Shown in pieces: positions 7,333 through 15,883 of a stretch of 64,000 bases of DNA. Under the pieces are notes generated by a model. The model saw nothing but the letters and a program-made list of their open reading frames with translations, did no database searches and was not told where the DNA came from. Positions within the stretch are counted from its first letter, which is position 1; every line of letters begins with the position of its first letter. Position numbers and translations under genes: made by a program. The stretch lies in the IMG/VR virus record IMGVR_UViG_3300024502_000010, positions 124,001-188,000 of that record. The stretch is one strand, 5' to 3'.

Positions 7333-7695
7333 TTAGTTATTTAGGTATTCTATCATCTTTTGAAGAGTGCTGATGTTGTCTCCTACAAGACCTAATGCAG
7401 TGTTGCAGTTGTTACAGAGAACACCACGAACCTTATTTGTAGAGTGGCAGTGGTCTATACACTTCTTGGTTAGTTCCACATCACATATTTGGCAGTTCTC
7501 ATTCTTCATTAGGTCATTATATTGGTCTTCTGTAAGTTTAAATCTGCGTCTAGCATATTCGTGAGTCTTATAATATTGCCTACGAACTTCCCGTTCACAA
7601 TCCTTACACTTTGATTGAACCCCAGAAGGTCTACTACTTCTTTTAGAGAAACTATCAAGTTCTTTTGTTTCTCCACATCTACTACAAGTTTTCAT
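7333..7695 (-). CDS. endonuclease VII-family homing endonuclease (F-CphI-like)
   Basis: CQIC...IDHCH..NKVRGVLCNNCNTALG Endo VII motif; N-terminal CxxC/CxxC; position downstream of psbA; start ATG at 7695. Confidence 0.88.
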   Translation of the reverse strand: MKTCSRCGETKELDSFSKRSSRPSGVQSKCKDCEREVRRQYYKTHEYARRRFKLTEDQYNDLMKNENCQICDVELTKKCIDHCHSTNKVRGVLCNNCNTALGLVGDNISTLQKMIEYLNN

Positions 7696-7740
7696 TATGG
7701 TATGGAAGTTTGGTATGGAACTATTTATGAATAATACCAT

Positions 7741-7768
7741 AAAAAAAGAGACCTGTAAAGGTCTCTTC
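7741..7768 (-). terminator. psbA terminator
   Basis: AAGAGACC-TTTACA-GGTCTCTT followed by a T-run. Confidence 0.8.
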
Positions 7769-7792
7769 ATTCTTATTCAGTTTTTATAAAAC

Positions 7793-8872
7793 TCAACCGA
7801 TTGCGGGTGCAGTAAGGGCAACAGGAGTGTTGCTAGCAGCAGCAAGATCCAGAGGGAAATTGTGTGCATTCCTTTCGTGCATCACCTCGAGCCCGAGTCC
7901 AGCACGGTTCAGAACATCTGCCCAAGTGTTGAGGACACGACCCTGTGAATCAATGATGGACTGGTTAAAGTTGAAACCGTTGAGGTTGAATGCCATGGTG
8001 CTAACACCAAGAGCAGTGAACCAGATACCAACTACAGGCCATGCAGCAAGGAAGAAGTGCAGCGAACGTGAGTTATTAAAGGAAGCATATTGGAAAATAA
8101 GGCGTCCGAAATAACCGTGAGCAGCAACGATGTTATAGGTCTCTTCTTCTTGACCAAACTTGTAACCATAGTTCTGTGACTCGTTCTCAGTGGTTTCACG
8201 AACCAGTGAGGAAGTAACCAGAGAACCGTGCATAGCACTGAACAGAGAACCTCCAAAGACACCAGCCACACCAAGCATGTGGAAGGGGTGCATCAGGATG
8301 TTGTGCTCTGCCTGGAACACAAGCATATAGTTGAACGTACCAGAGATACCCAGAGGCATCGCATCAGAGAAAGAACCTTGACCGAAAGGATACACCAGGA
8401 ACACAGCAGAAGCAGCAGCCACAGGTGCAGAGTAAGCAACACAGATCCAAGGACGCATACCAAGACGGTATGAAAGTTCCCATTCACGACCCATGTAAGC
8501 GTAGATACCGATAAGGAAGTGGAACACTACAAGTTGGAAAGGACCACCGTTGTAAAGCCACTCATCAAGCGAAGCAGCTTCCCAGATGGGATAAAAGTGC
8601 AGTCCAATCGCGTTGGACGAAGGAATAACAGCACCAGAGATGATGTTGTTTCCGTACATGAGTGAACCAGCAACGGGTTCACGGATACCATCAATGTCCA
8701 CTGGGGGAGCACCGATGAATGCGATGATGAAACAAGTCGTAGCAGCAAGCAGGCAAGGAATCATGAGGACTCCGAACCAACCGACATAAAGACGATTATC
8801 GGTTGATGTGACCCAGTTGCAGAATTGTTCCCAAGTATTCGATTGTCGTTGACGTGAAATTGTAGCAGTCAT
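7793..8872 (-). CDS. psbA: photosystem II D1 protein
   Basis: Full D1 sequence; E130; H332/E333 retained; no intron. Confidence 0.99.
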   Translation of the reverse strand: MTATISRQRQSNTWEQFCNWVTSTDNRLYVGWFGVLMIPCLLAATTCFIIAFIGAPPVDIDGIREPVAGSLMYGNNIISGAVIPSSNAIGLHFYPIWEAASLDEWLYNGGPFQLVVFHFLIGIYAYMGREWELSYRLGMRPWICVAYSAPVAAASAVFLVYPFGQGSFSDAMPLGISGTFNYMLVFQAEHNILMHPFHMLGVAGVFGGSLFSAMHGSLVTSSLVRETTENESQNYGYKFGQEEETYNIVAAHGYFGRLIFQYASFNNSRSLHFFLAAWPVVGIWFTALGVSTMAFNLNGFNFNQSIIDSQGRVLNTWADVLNRAGLGLEVMHERNAHNFPLDLAAASNTPVALTAPAIG

Positions 8873-8886
8873 TGTTTTAAGCAGTT

Positions 8887-8992
8887 AGTAAGACCATCAG
8901 GGAAATGGTGGAGATACTATGCTCCCCGCACCCTTAGCGGGGATATGAGAGACGTAATTTATACACCCATAGGTCTCGGTTATCGGGTGTCT
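8887..8992 (-). ncRNA. PhotoRC-II-like structured psbA leader
   Basis: GAGAC...GUCUC, CACCC...GGGUG, CCCCGC...GCGGGG and ACCAU...AUGGU pairings in the psbA 5' UTR; family name from recollection, not a search. Confidence 0.6.
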
Positions 8993-9040
8993 AACAATGT
9001 TAAGGGAACGTTGCGTTCCGTAACATTTGTTTACCTATTT

Positions 9041-9069
9041 ATCATACTACGGTTTGCCGCCTGTGTCAA
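9041..9069 (-). promoter_or_regulatory. psbA sigma70 promoter (plus adjacent late TAAATA)
   Basis: TTGACA-N17-TATGAT. Confidence 0.75.
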
Positions 9070-9132
9070 CCCCCCTCCCCAAATGGGGACACTCTCCTAA
9101 ATACTCATAGTGTTTATCACAACAATAAGAAA

Positions 9133-9594
9133 ATGAAAAGACTTCTATTAGCCTTTTCGTTATTCTTCGCAATCCCAGTTAATGCTGCTGAAATTACATC
9201 AAAAATCACTGATTCCGTTCAATTGAAAGTTGATGGTGCCGCAGTTCAATCAACTCGAATTGGTGCTTCCTATTCGGCGTCAGGAACCAATATCCAAGCA
9301 ACATCCTTTGGAGGTGTTGGTGGTGCTGGAACCTATGACATTAATACTCCAGGTCAAGCATTTACTTTCTCTGAAAGTTTCAATGCTGCTGATACTCCAG
9401 TTAATACTCAAACAGTTACTAACGGTGTTATTGGAACACCAAATCTCTACGGAGATAGTGTAACTCAAGTTGGTGGTGAGAAAGGAACTCTTGCAGGTAC
9501 TCTTTCACCAACTGGTGTTCCTACTGTTACTGCTGGTGGTGCTGGAACAAGTGCTACTGCTCAAAGGTCCATTGAACTGAGTGTATTCAAATGA
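9133..9594 (+). CDS. secreted Gly/Thr-rich hypothetical protein
   Basis: Signal peptide ending VNA; late box CTAAATA at 9097-9103. Confidence 0.85.
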   Translation: MKRLLLAFSLFFAIPVNAAEITSKITDSVQLKVDGAAVQSTRIGASYSASGTNIQATSFGGVGGAGTYDINTPGQAFTFSESFNAADTPVNTQTVTNGVIGTPNLYGDSVTQVGGEKGTLAGTLSPTGVPTVTAGGAGTSATAQRSIELSVFK

Positions 9595-9956
9595 GACATT
9601 TAACTCCCGTTTTGCTTTTAGCAACGGGAGTCATTTGTACTCCCGTTTATGCTGAGAGCGTTGTGCCTAATTTTACTAGAGGCACAATCAATGCAACAAC
9701 AGAATCTACAACAAGAATTGTAGAAGCAATCCGCCAAGTTGAATATACAACTGGTGAATCTTATACTGTAACTGGTACGAACATCAACATTCCTGGAAAT
9801 CCTACTAAGGATACAAATTATAGTATTACAACTCCTGGTGCTCCATTCCAGTTCAGTGAAACCTATCTCGGACCTGGAGTGGCAAAAGAAACATGGATAG
9901 ATCGCACCACAGAAACTCAATCAACTACTACATCAATCTCTGTCTTTACGCAATAA
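9591..9956 (+). CDS. secreted Thr-rich hypothetical protein, paralogue of the 9133 ORF
   Basis: Signal peptide; shared TPG..F.FSE and C-terminal SVF motifs. Confidence 0.85.
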   Translation: MRHLTPVLLLATGVICTPVYAESVVPNFTRGTINATTESTTRIVEAIRQVEYTTGESYTVTGTNINIPGNPTKDTNYSITTPGAPFQFSETYLGPGVAKETWIDRTTETQSTTTSISVFTQ

Positions 9957-10471
9957 TTTCAACAGGGACTGCATTTGCTCAGCAAGCTCCATCAAATACA
10001 AACATCGCAGGACCTTCAGCATCTGCTACTGGTAATGTAACAAACCAGGCAGTTCAAGTGCTTCAGGGCCCTTATGCTATGAATACATTTGGTGCTGGTG
10101 TTTCTTGTCAAGGACCAACATTTTCCCTGGCACCATTTATTATTGGTAATGGTAATGCTAGTCAAGATCCAGAACAGTTTTCATCTTATTCTGGAAATGC
10201 TGGATTATCTATGGGATTTAATATTCCCTTAGATGGTTCTTTACAAGAACTCTGCAAATCAAGAGCAAGAGTTGAAATCTCAAGACAACAAGCCGAAGCT
10301 GATAAAGCAAGATTAGATTTTGAACTTGTAAGATTATTAAAATGTGGTGAAGCATACAAAGCAGGAATTATGTTCCATCCTGATAGTCCTTACTACAAAG
10401 TTTGTGAAGATATTGTTGTGAAGTACCCAAGAGTTGAGGATGTGGTCAATGGAACCAATACAACCTATTGA
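9893..10471 (+). CDS. secreted hypothetical protein with beta-rich N-half and Cys-containing helical C-half
   Basis: ORF track; AFA signal-cleavage-like site. Confidence 0.8.
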   Translation: MDRSHHRNSINYYINLCLYAIISTGTAFAQQAPSNTNIAGPSASATGNVTNQAVQVLQGPYAMNTFGAGVSCQGPTFSLAPFIIGNGNASQDPEQFSSYSGNAGLSMGFNIPLDGSLQELCKSRARVEISRQQAEADKARLDFELVRLLKCGEAYKAGIMFHPDSPYYKVCEDIVVKYPRVEDVVNGTNTTY

Positions 10472-11333
10472 TAATCCAAACTTAAGGCAAATAATCGGAA
10501 ATAATCCGATTAACATACCGAGTGCAAGTATCAACAGAATATCTGGTCCATCTATAATCTCAACTATAGATAGACCAAATGTTCGTTCTGTAGAAGCACC
10601 TGTTGTTCGTGGTCTTGAAGTTCCTGTTATTGATGCCCCAAATACTACGATTAAATATCCAGTTATTAATGTTCCAACTCAAGCAGAGTTTGATGCTGCT
10701 GTAAAAGCAGAGCGTGAAAAACAAGCAACAGAACAACAAGAAAAAACAAGGGGGTTGCCTGATACTACCCCCCCACCTCAACTGCCTCAGGTTGCTCAAA
10801 CCCCCCCTACTCAAACTCCTGTTGTTACTCCAGTTGCAGAAGTTCCAGCAGATAAACCACAACCAACATTTTCTGTTTATGGTGTCGATATTAATTTACC
10901 TGACCCTTCTCTTGTTGCTACGGCTGGTGCTGTCGCAGTAGTCACAACTGCTGCTACAATGGCATCCACAGCAGTTTTAAATGTATTGAAGAATGCTGCT
11001 GAACCATTTATCAAAGAAGCAACAAAGAATAAGTTTAAAATTAAAATCAAACAAGTTAAACCTGTTCTCCATTATGTGATGGCAGAAGCAGGTCATATTG
11101 ATATTTTTGAATATTCATCAGAGGGAACAAGACTTGTTGCACAAACAGATAATGTAGAACAATATATCCGTGATGAGATTGAAAAGAATACCCTATATGA
11201 AATTGAGAATAAAGTGATTATTGATGAACCAGTAAAAGATAAATTCACAAAAGAGGGGCAAGAAAGATTTAAGTCTCTCTATGCCCCTCCTAAAAAGATT
11301 GCTAAGAAATTATCTGCTCGCTTGTCTTTTTGA
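10434..11333 (+). CDS. Pro-rich hypothetical protein with central hydrophobic segment
   Basis: ORF track; LVATAGAVAVVTTAATMAS hydrophobic stretch. Confidence 0.8.
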   Translation: MRMWSMEPIQPIDNPNLRQIIGNNPINIPSASINRISGPSIISTIDRPNVRSVEAPVVRGLEVPVIDAPNTTIKYPVINVPTQAEFDAAVKAEREKQATEQQEKTRGLPDTTPPPQLPQVAQTPPTQTPVVTPVAEVPADKPQPTFSVYGVDINLPDPSLVATAGAVAVVTTAATMASTAVLNVLKNAAEPFIKEATKNKFKIKIKQVKPVLHYVMAEAGHIDIFEYSSEGTRLVAQTDNVEQYIRDEIEKNTLYEIENKVIIDEPVKDKFTKEGQERFKSLYAPPKKIAKKLSARLSF

Positions 11334-11750
11334 TTCTAATAGAGCAAAATCTTTCTTTTTAGTGCCACCAGAATATTCCCAAGCAAATCCTTCATCAATC
11401 ATCATTTGATTGACTGATTTCTTTTTATTGACTGCGGATACTTCAGCATCCCCAATAAACAAATGTCCAAGAATTCTTCCGTACTTTTCGGTAGAATCTG
11501 GGAGTTCTGTTTTGACAATAATGTCAGTTTGACCTTCTAACTTTTTCTTGAGCCATTCTTTAACTTCAAGACCAAGTGCCTTTTCTTTAGCATCAGTTGT
11601 TCTGCTCTCTGGGGTATCGACACCAGCAAGACGAATTCGTTTAGTAAGGGAGATATCAAACCCAAGGTCAATAGCAGCATCAATAGTGTCGCCATCTACT
11701 ACCTTATATACTGATTTGATTCTATAGATATACGGGTCTTTGTCTGCCAT
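11310..11750 (-). CDS. thermonuclease (SNase-like) family nuclease
   Basis: VVDGDTI, RIRLAGVDTPE and EKYGRILG motifs. Confidence 0.9.
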   Translation of the reverse strand: MADKDPYIYRIKSVYKVVDGDTIDAAIDLGFDISLTKRIRLAGVDTPESRTTDAKEKALGLEVKEWLKKKLEGQTDIIVKTELPDSTEKYGRILGHLFIGDAEVSAVNKKKSVNQMMIDEGFAWEYSGGTKKKDFALLESKRQASR

Positions 11751-11962
11751 TAGAAAGGAAACTTAATACTCCCAGTATTTAGTTTGGGAATTGGTAGTTT
11801 CTCAAATGCTTTATTCACTTGATTCTCCACAACCTTACCAACGAACTGTTCTGGGTTGTTTAAAATTGCTTCCGCTTTTTTATAAGTCACATAAGCACCA
11901 TAGCAAAGTGCTCCACTAATGAGAAGACTTGTTGTTGACAGAATGATTGCTAGGTTCTTCAT
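11750..11962 (-). CDS. small membrane protein
   Basis: N-terminal TM helix. Confidence 0.75.
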   Translation of the reverse strand: MKNLAIILSTTSLLISGALCYGAYVTYKKAEAILNNPEQFVGKVVENQVNKAFEKLPIPKLNTGSIKFPF

Positions 11963-12068
11963 TTTTCATTTCCTCGTGTGCTAATCGTAATATGTAGTAG
12001 ATTACATATAAAGTAAAGATAAGACCAGACCCCAATATTATAATTACTCCCCAAGGAAAGTCGCTCAT
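11916..12068 (-). CDS. 50-aa membrane peptide (MSDFPWGVIIILGSGLIFTLYVIYYILR...)
   Basis: ORF read by hand; TAATG overlap with the upstream stop. Confidence 0.55.
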   Translation of the reverse strand: MSDFPWGVIIILGSGLIFTLYVIYYILRLAHEEMKNEEPSNHSVNNKSSH

Positions 12069-12814
12069 TAAAACTTACCTTCTACACAATATTCTGCTTT
12101 CTTGTTTGGATAATATGGATACTTACCCTCTTGTGGTTTCATCCATCCACAACCAATCAGCCAATCCATTGTCATTGGAGTTGGTCTCATCTGTTCCCAC
12201 AGTGGACCCTTAGCACACATTTCTAACTTTTCTGCAGTGACATTTGATTGTTCTTCTGCCCAGTTAGCATCTGCTTCCCAAGGAACTGCACGACCTTGAC
12301 CCATCGTTTCATAAGTCAATCTTGTAGATTTCATAACCCAGGCAGGGATCTCACTATCTTGATGAACCTGTGCCATAAAAGATGTTTTTAATCCACCACC
12401 CATACAGTCTTGAACTGTATGCCATCCTTCGTGTCTCATTGTTCCTAGAAACTCTCTAGGATCTTTAAGAAGAGTTTCATTTACAAAGAAACGATTATAT
12501 TCTGGTTTATATAATCCTACTGTCCTTGGTGTGAAATATCTTTCTGGTGCAACATAAACAGGAACTCCAAGTTTATCAAGTCCTGCAATGATTGCTTTTA
12601 GTTCTTCTCTAAATGGATCAAAGTCTGGATCTTTTAGTAATTCAGAATCTACTGTAAGTCTTTCTACTCCTTCAGTACATTCCAAAAGTATCATACAACC
12701 CATTGCTGATAAACTATAAGGTTTTACAGTTGGTTGTGTTTTAATTATTGATTCTGCTGCTACTGGAGAAATCAATGCTAATGATAAACTAATTGCTGTG
12801 AGAATTTTTTTCAT
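12068..12814 (-). CDS. secreted putative zinc metallopeptidase
   Basis: Signal peptide; HEGWH (HExxH) and downstream WEADA. Confidence 0.7.
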   Translation of the reverse strand: MKKILTAISLSLALISPVAAESIIKTQPTVKPYSLSAMGCMILLECTEGVERLTVDSELLKDPDFDPFREELKAIIAGLDKLGVPVYVAPERYFTPRTVGLYKPEYNRFFVNETLLKDPREFLGTMRHEGWHTVQDCMGGGLKTSFMAQVHQDSEIPAWVMKSTRLTYETMGQGRAVPWEADANWAEEQSNVTAEKLEMCAKGPLWEQMRPTPMTMDWLIGCGWMKPQEGKYPYYPNKKAEYCVEGKF

Positions 12815-13011
12815 TCATCCCACCATCCTTCTTGTTTATGAATCCAGATTTTCAAATCTTTGACATATTTTCTCAAGATCTGGGCCTGTTCTTCATGCCA
12901 AAAATCACCCGTCTCCATATGAAGACGGGTGTGATTATCTATAGCTTTGAGTATTTGGTGGATGGGAGCATTCCAACACTCTCGTTTTGGAGTGTTCCAT
13001 TCTCTTGGCAT
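12811..13011 (-). CDS. hypothetical protein
   Basis: ORF track. Confidence 0.7.
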   Translation of the reverse strand: MPREWNTPKRECWNAPIHQILKAIDNHTRLHMETGDFWHEEQAQILRKYVKDLKIWIHKQEGWWDE

Positions 13012-13118
13012 TGGTATATAAATGTGTAAATTTGATTATCACTTAAAAAATCAGTTTGACATAAGTTAGGTCCAACTAACACATGACCAACAACCACCAA
13101 AGTAACAAATTCAATCAT
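12939..13118 (-). CDS. 59-aa hypothetical protein
   Basis: ORF read by hand; ATGA overlap with the upstream stop. Confidence 0.45.
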   Translation of the reverse strand: MIEFVTLVVVGHVLVGPNLCQTDFLSDNQIYTFIYQCQENGTLQNESVGMLPSTKYSKL

Positions 13119-13231
13119 TTTTTCTTTCCACCATTCTTTGCCTTTTTGGCGTTCGCATTGCCAGAATTCTGCTTTTTGTTATTAGCAGAACCTGCCGAAC
13201 CTTTCTTACCTTTGTTTGCTGACTTTGCCAT
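13115..13231 (-). CDS. 38-aa highly basic peptide (MAKSANKGKKGSAGSANNKKQNSGNANAKKAKNGGKKK)
   Basis: ORF read by hand; TAATG coupling. Confidence 0.65.
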   Translation of the reverse strand: MAKSANKGKKGSAGSANNKKQNSGNANAKKAKNGGKKK

Positions 13232-13575
13232 TATGCGCCACCTGTGCGAGGTTGTACTTGACCTTCTTCAAGTGCTTCAACTCTTTCTTCAAGAGTTGGT
13301 TCAGCAGCAACTTCTGGTGCTGGTGGTTCTGGAGTAGGTTCTACTACAACTTCTCTGCGTGGTTCTTCTTTCTTCTCATCTTCATCGCCACCCTTCTTCA
13401 TTGTATTAATACCGAAAGTTGCAGCAGATGCTGTGAATACAGTAGCAATAAAAGTAGGATCCATCTTAGATAGAGCCCCAGCATAACTGGCAGTAAGAAG
13501 AGCAGCGGACCAACCCAAAATCGCTATACGAATAACAGTACTCATACACTTTTCTCTTTTATTTGGATTATCCAT
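13231..13575 (-). CDS. two-TM membrane protein with acidic/Pro tail
   Basis: ORF track; two hydrophobic helices. Confidence 0.75.
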   Translation of the reverse strand: MDNPNKREKCMSTVIRIAILGWSAALLTASYAGALSKMDPTFIATVFTASAATFGINTMKKGGDEDEKKEEPRREVVVEPTPEPPAPEVAAEPTLEERVEALEEGQVQPRTGGA

Positions 13576-13611
13576 CAGTCTTTTGATGAAGTGTCTTTGT
13601 TATTTAGGATT

Positions 13612-15738
13612 TCAGAACTTAAATTTAAGTTTTGCAGATACTGCTGTGTTAGAAACTCCATCATTAATTTGATGTATTCCTTCAATAATAACCATTTCCT
13701 TATAATCAACAGAAGCAGATGCTTCAATCATTCCACTGGTTTCATAAGAACCACCAATAGTTACTCCAAATAAATCCTTTTTCTTTCCACCAAAACGGTG
13801 TGAAATATTTAGACCTACCTCACCAGAATGTGAAGTTTTGTTTATAGCATCAACAGTTCTTCTGGATTGAATAGAACCTTTCTCAGTAAATCCATCTCTC
13901 TGATAGTTACCAACAGTGTATCCAACAAATGGAGTTACATTCTTATTGAGATGCCAGAATAGTCTGTTATTTACAAACCACTCTTTTCCTTCTGTTGAAC
14001 TTTCATTATTGAAGACACTCTGAACATTTCTGGATACATTATATTTGTTCTGGGAGTATCCAGCATTTGTTAAGAGTGAGAATGTATTTCCACGGAACAT
14101 ATTGAATATTCCATAATGATTTTTGAGGAGTTTAGAAGTACTATCAACACCACCCAAATCAATGTTCATATTATTATATTGACCACCTATAGTCCAGGTT
14201 GGTTTAATATCAATCTCTAATCCACCACCAATGATTAAAGTCTTACCATTGTATCCATAATCACCAGAAGACCAGGCATAATAGTTGTTATTGAATACTC
14301 TTACTCTGTCTGTGGTTGGTTCAGTTGGTTCGTAAATAAACAGATTTTGTAATCCACCACCAATCTTATCTAAAACTTCATGCTGGTCAGTGCGTCCAGA
14401 AAGAACATCATGATTATTTTCAATATCAACAGAAAGAAGTAATGATGCTACAACGGTTCCATCACTATAAGTATCCTGTCTTAATAAAGGAGTTTGAGTT
14501 GTGGTTGCAAAGTCTCTTCTAATCTTTTGAACTCCATCCTTCTCAGATGCCTTATGAGTTACTTCTGTGGTAACAACAACTGGAAGTCCTGGTGCAGGAA
14601 CAGTCACAGAGTTTAATAATGTTGGTGGTTGTGGTTCAGGAGTTGGCTCTGGTGTAGGTTCAGGAGCAGGAGCAGGAGTGGGTTCAGGAGTTGGCTCTGG
14701 TGTTGGTTCTGGTTCTGGTGTAGGTTCAGGAGTTGGTTCGGGAGTTGGCTCTGGTGTAGGTTCAGGAGTTGGTTCGGGAGTTGGCTCTGGTGTAGGTTCA
14801 GGAGTTGGCTCTGGTGTAGGAGTTGGAGTTGGTGCTACCTCATCAACAGATGGAGCATCTGGATTATTTGGAGCAACAGGAGTGAATTCTTCACCATTTG
14901 CTGTTGTAGTTCCAGGTTGACTATCAACTAAAAGAACTGGTGATAGTGCGGTATCTCCAAGGTTGAATACTGCAAATCCCAAGAGATAATCACCATTAGC
15001 ACCTACTTGATAAGTTGAATACTGCCATCCAGTAGAACCAAAAGAACCTGTTGAATAATCACCAGTTCCTGGATTAGTAAATCCAAGTAATGCATAGTTT
15101 TGAAGTTGGTTATTAACTGTTACTGATGGAGAAGTTCCAGTTCCTTGATAAACAAGTGAAGTAATAGAACCATCATTGAAAGGAACATAGTCCGTTCCAA
15201 TGTAGTTCCAAGACATTGTATAAACTTTTCCAGTCTCCAAAGTGACTGATTTTGTAATCCAAGCAGCATCAGTAGGATTTGGATTTCCAAGTCCAGATGC
15301 TTGTTGCTGTTGAATAAGAAGGTCTCTTATTGCTTGATTTTGTTCTGCGGTTAAACCAAGTGCTTCTGTTGCCTGGTCGAATGTTTGCTGTCCATTTGGT
15401 TGTAGTGCTGCACCTGCGGTTCCGTAAGGAGCAAACTCCCAAGTGGTTGGTGTTACTGCGGGTGCGTAATATGGATTAGGAGAACCATCTTGTAATGTTG
15501 GACTTCCTTGTGCTGGGAAAGAACCGGCATTAAAGATAACTGGATTATCTACGACACTAACACCAGTTCCTCCTCCGTCGATTGTGGCATCTAATGTTCC
15601 TGTTTGAGTTCCAGTATTCCATCCTGAAGTATCTCCAGTCTCGAAATCTGTTCCAGATATTGTTTCTGCTAATGCTGCTGTTGATGCCCCCATTAAAAGA
15701 GCAGACGCTACAGCAAGCGCCCTTGTAGCGTAAGACAT
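13612..15738 (-). CDS. autotransporter-like protein: signal peptide, beta-rich passenger, (PEPT)n stalk, C-terminal beta-barrel
   Basis: Signal peptide ending ALA; amphipathic strands; terminal AKLKFKF ending in Phe. Confidence 0.75.
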   Translation of the reverse strand: MSYATRALAVASALLMGASTAALAETISGTDFETGDTSGWNTGTQTGTLDATIDGGGTGVSVVDNPVIFNAGSFPAQGSPTLQDGSPNPYYAPAVTPTTWEFAPYGTAGAALQPNGQQTFDQATEALGLTAEQNQAIRDLLIQQQQASGLGNPNPTDAAWITKSVTLETGKVYTMSWNYIGTDYVPFNDGSITSLVYQGTGTSPSVTVNNQLQNYALLGFTNPGTGDYSTGSFGSTGWQYSTYQVGANGDYLLGFAVFNLGDTALSPVLLVDSQPGTTTANGEEFTPVAPNNPDAPSVDEVAPTPTPTPEPTPEPTPEPTPEPTPEPTPEPTPEPTPEPTPEPEPTPEPTPEPTPAPAPEPTPEPTPEPQPPTLLNSVTVPAPGLPVVVTTEVTHKASEKDGVQKIRRDFATTTQTPLLRQDTYSDGTVVASLLLSVDIENNHDVLSGRTDQHEVLDKIGGGLQNLFIYEPTEPTTDRVRVFNNNYYAWSSGDYGYNGKTLIIGGGLEIDIKPTWTIGGQYNNMNIDLGGVDSTSKLLKNHYGIFNMFRGNTFSLLTNAGYSQNKYNVSRNVQSVFNNESSTEGKEWFVNNRLFWHLNKNVTPFVGYTVGNYQRDGFTEKGSIQSRRTVDAINKTSHSGEVGLNISHRFGGKKKDLFGVTIGGSYETSGMIEASASVDYKEMVIIEGIHQINDGVSNTAVSAKLKFKF
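14627..14830 (-). repeat. 12/24-bp coding tandem repeat encoding (PEPT)n
   Basis: Repeated GGTTCAGGAGTT/GGCTCTGGTGTA units on the plus strand. Confidence 0.95.
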
Positions 15739-15883
15739 AGAAAGTCCTCTGTGAGTTCAGTGTGTACTAAACAAAACAAACCGAAGTTATGTTTAAAAGT
15801 AAAGTAATCACCGAATCACAGAGGATTCGGACTATGTAGATTCAGACCATTTAAGATCAAGAATCAGTTATGATTGTAACTAT

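Noticed and set aside
7793-8872. Group I intron in psbA
   Set aside because: The ORF is continuous for 359 codons with the complete D1 sequence; psbD, nrdA and nrdB are also uninterrupted
14567-14931. Plus-strand (GSGV)n and (WFRS)n ORFs and a possible CRISPR-like array
   Set aside because: Reverse-complement readings of the PEPT coding repeat; no spacers, and the unit length is a multiple of 3
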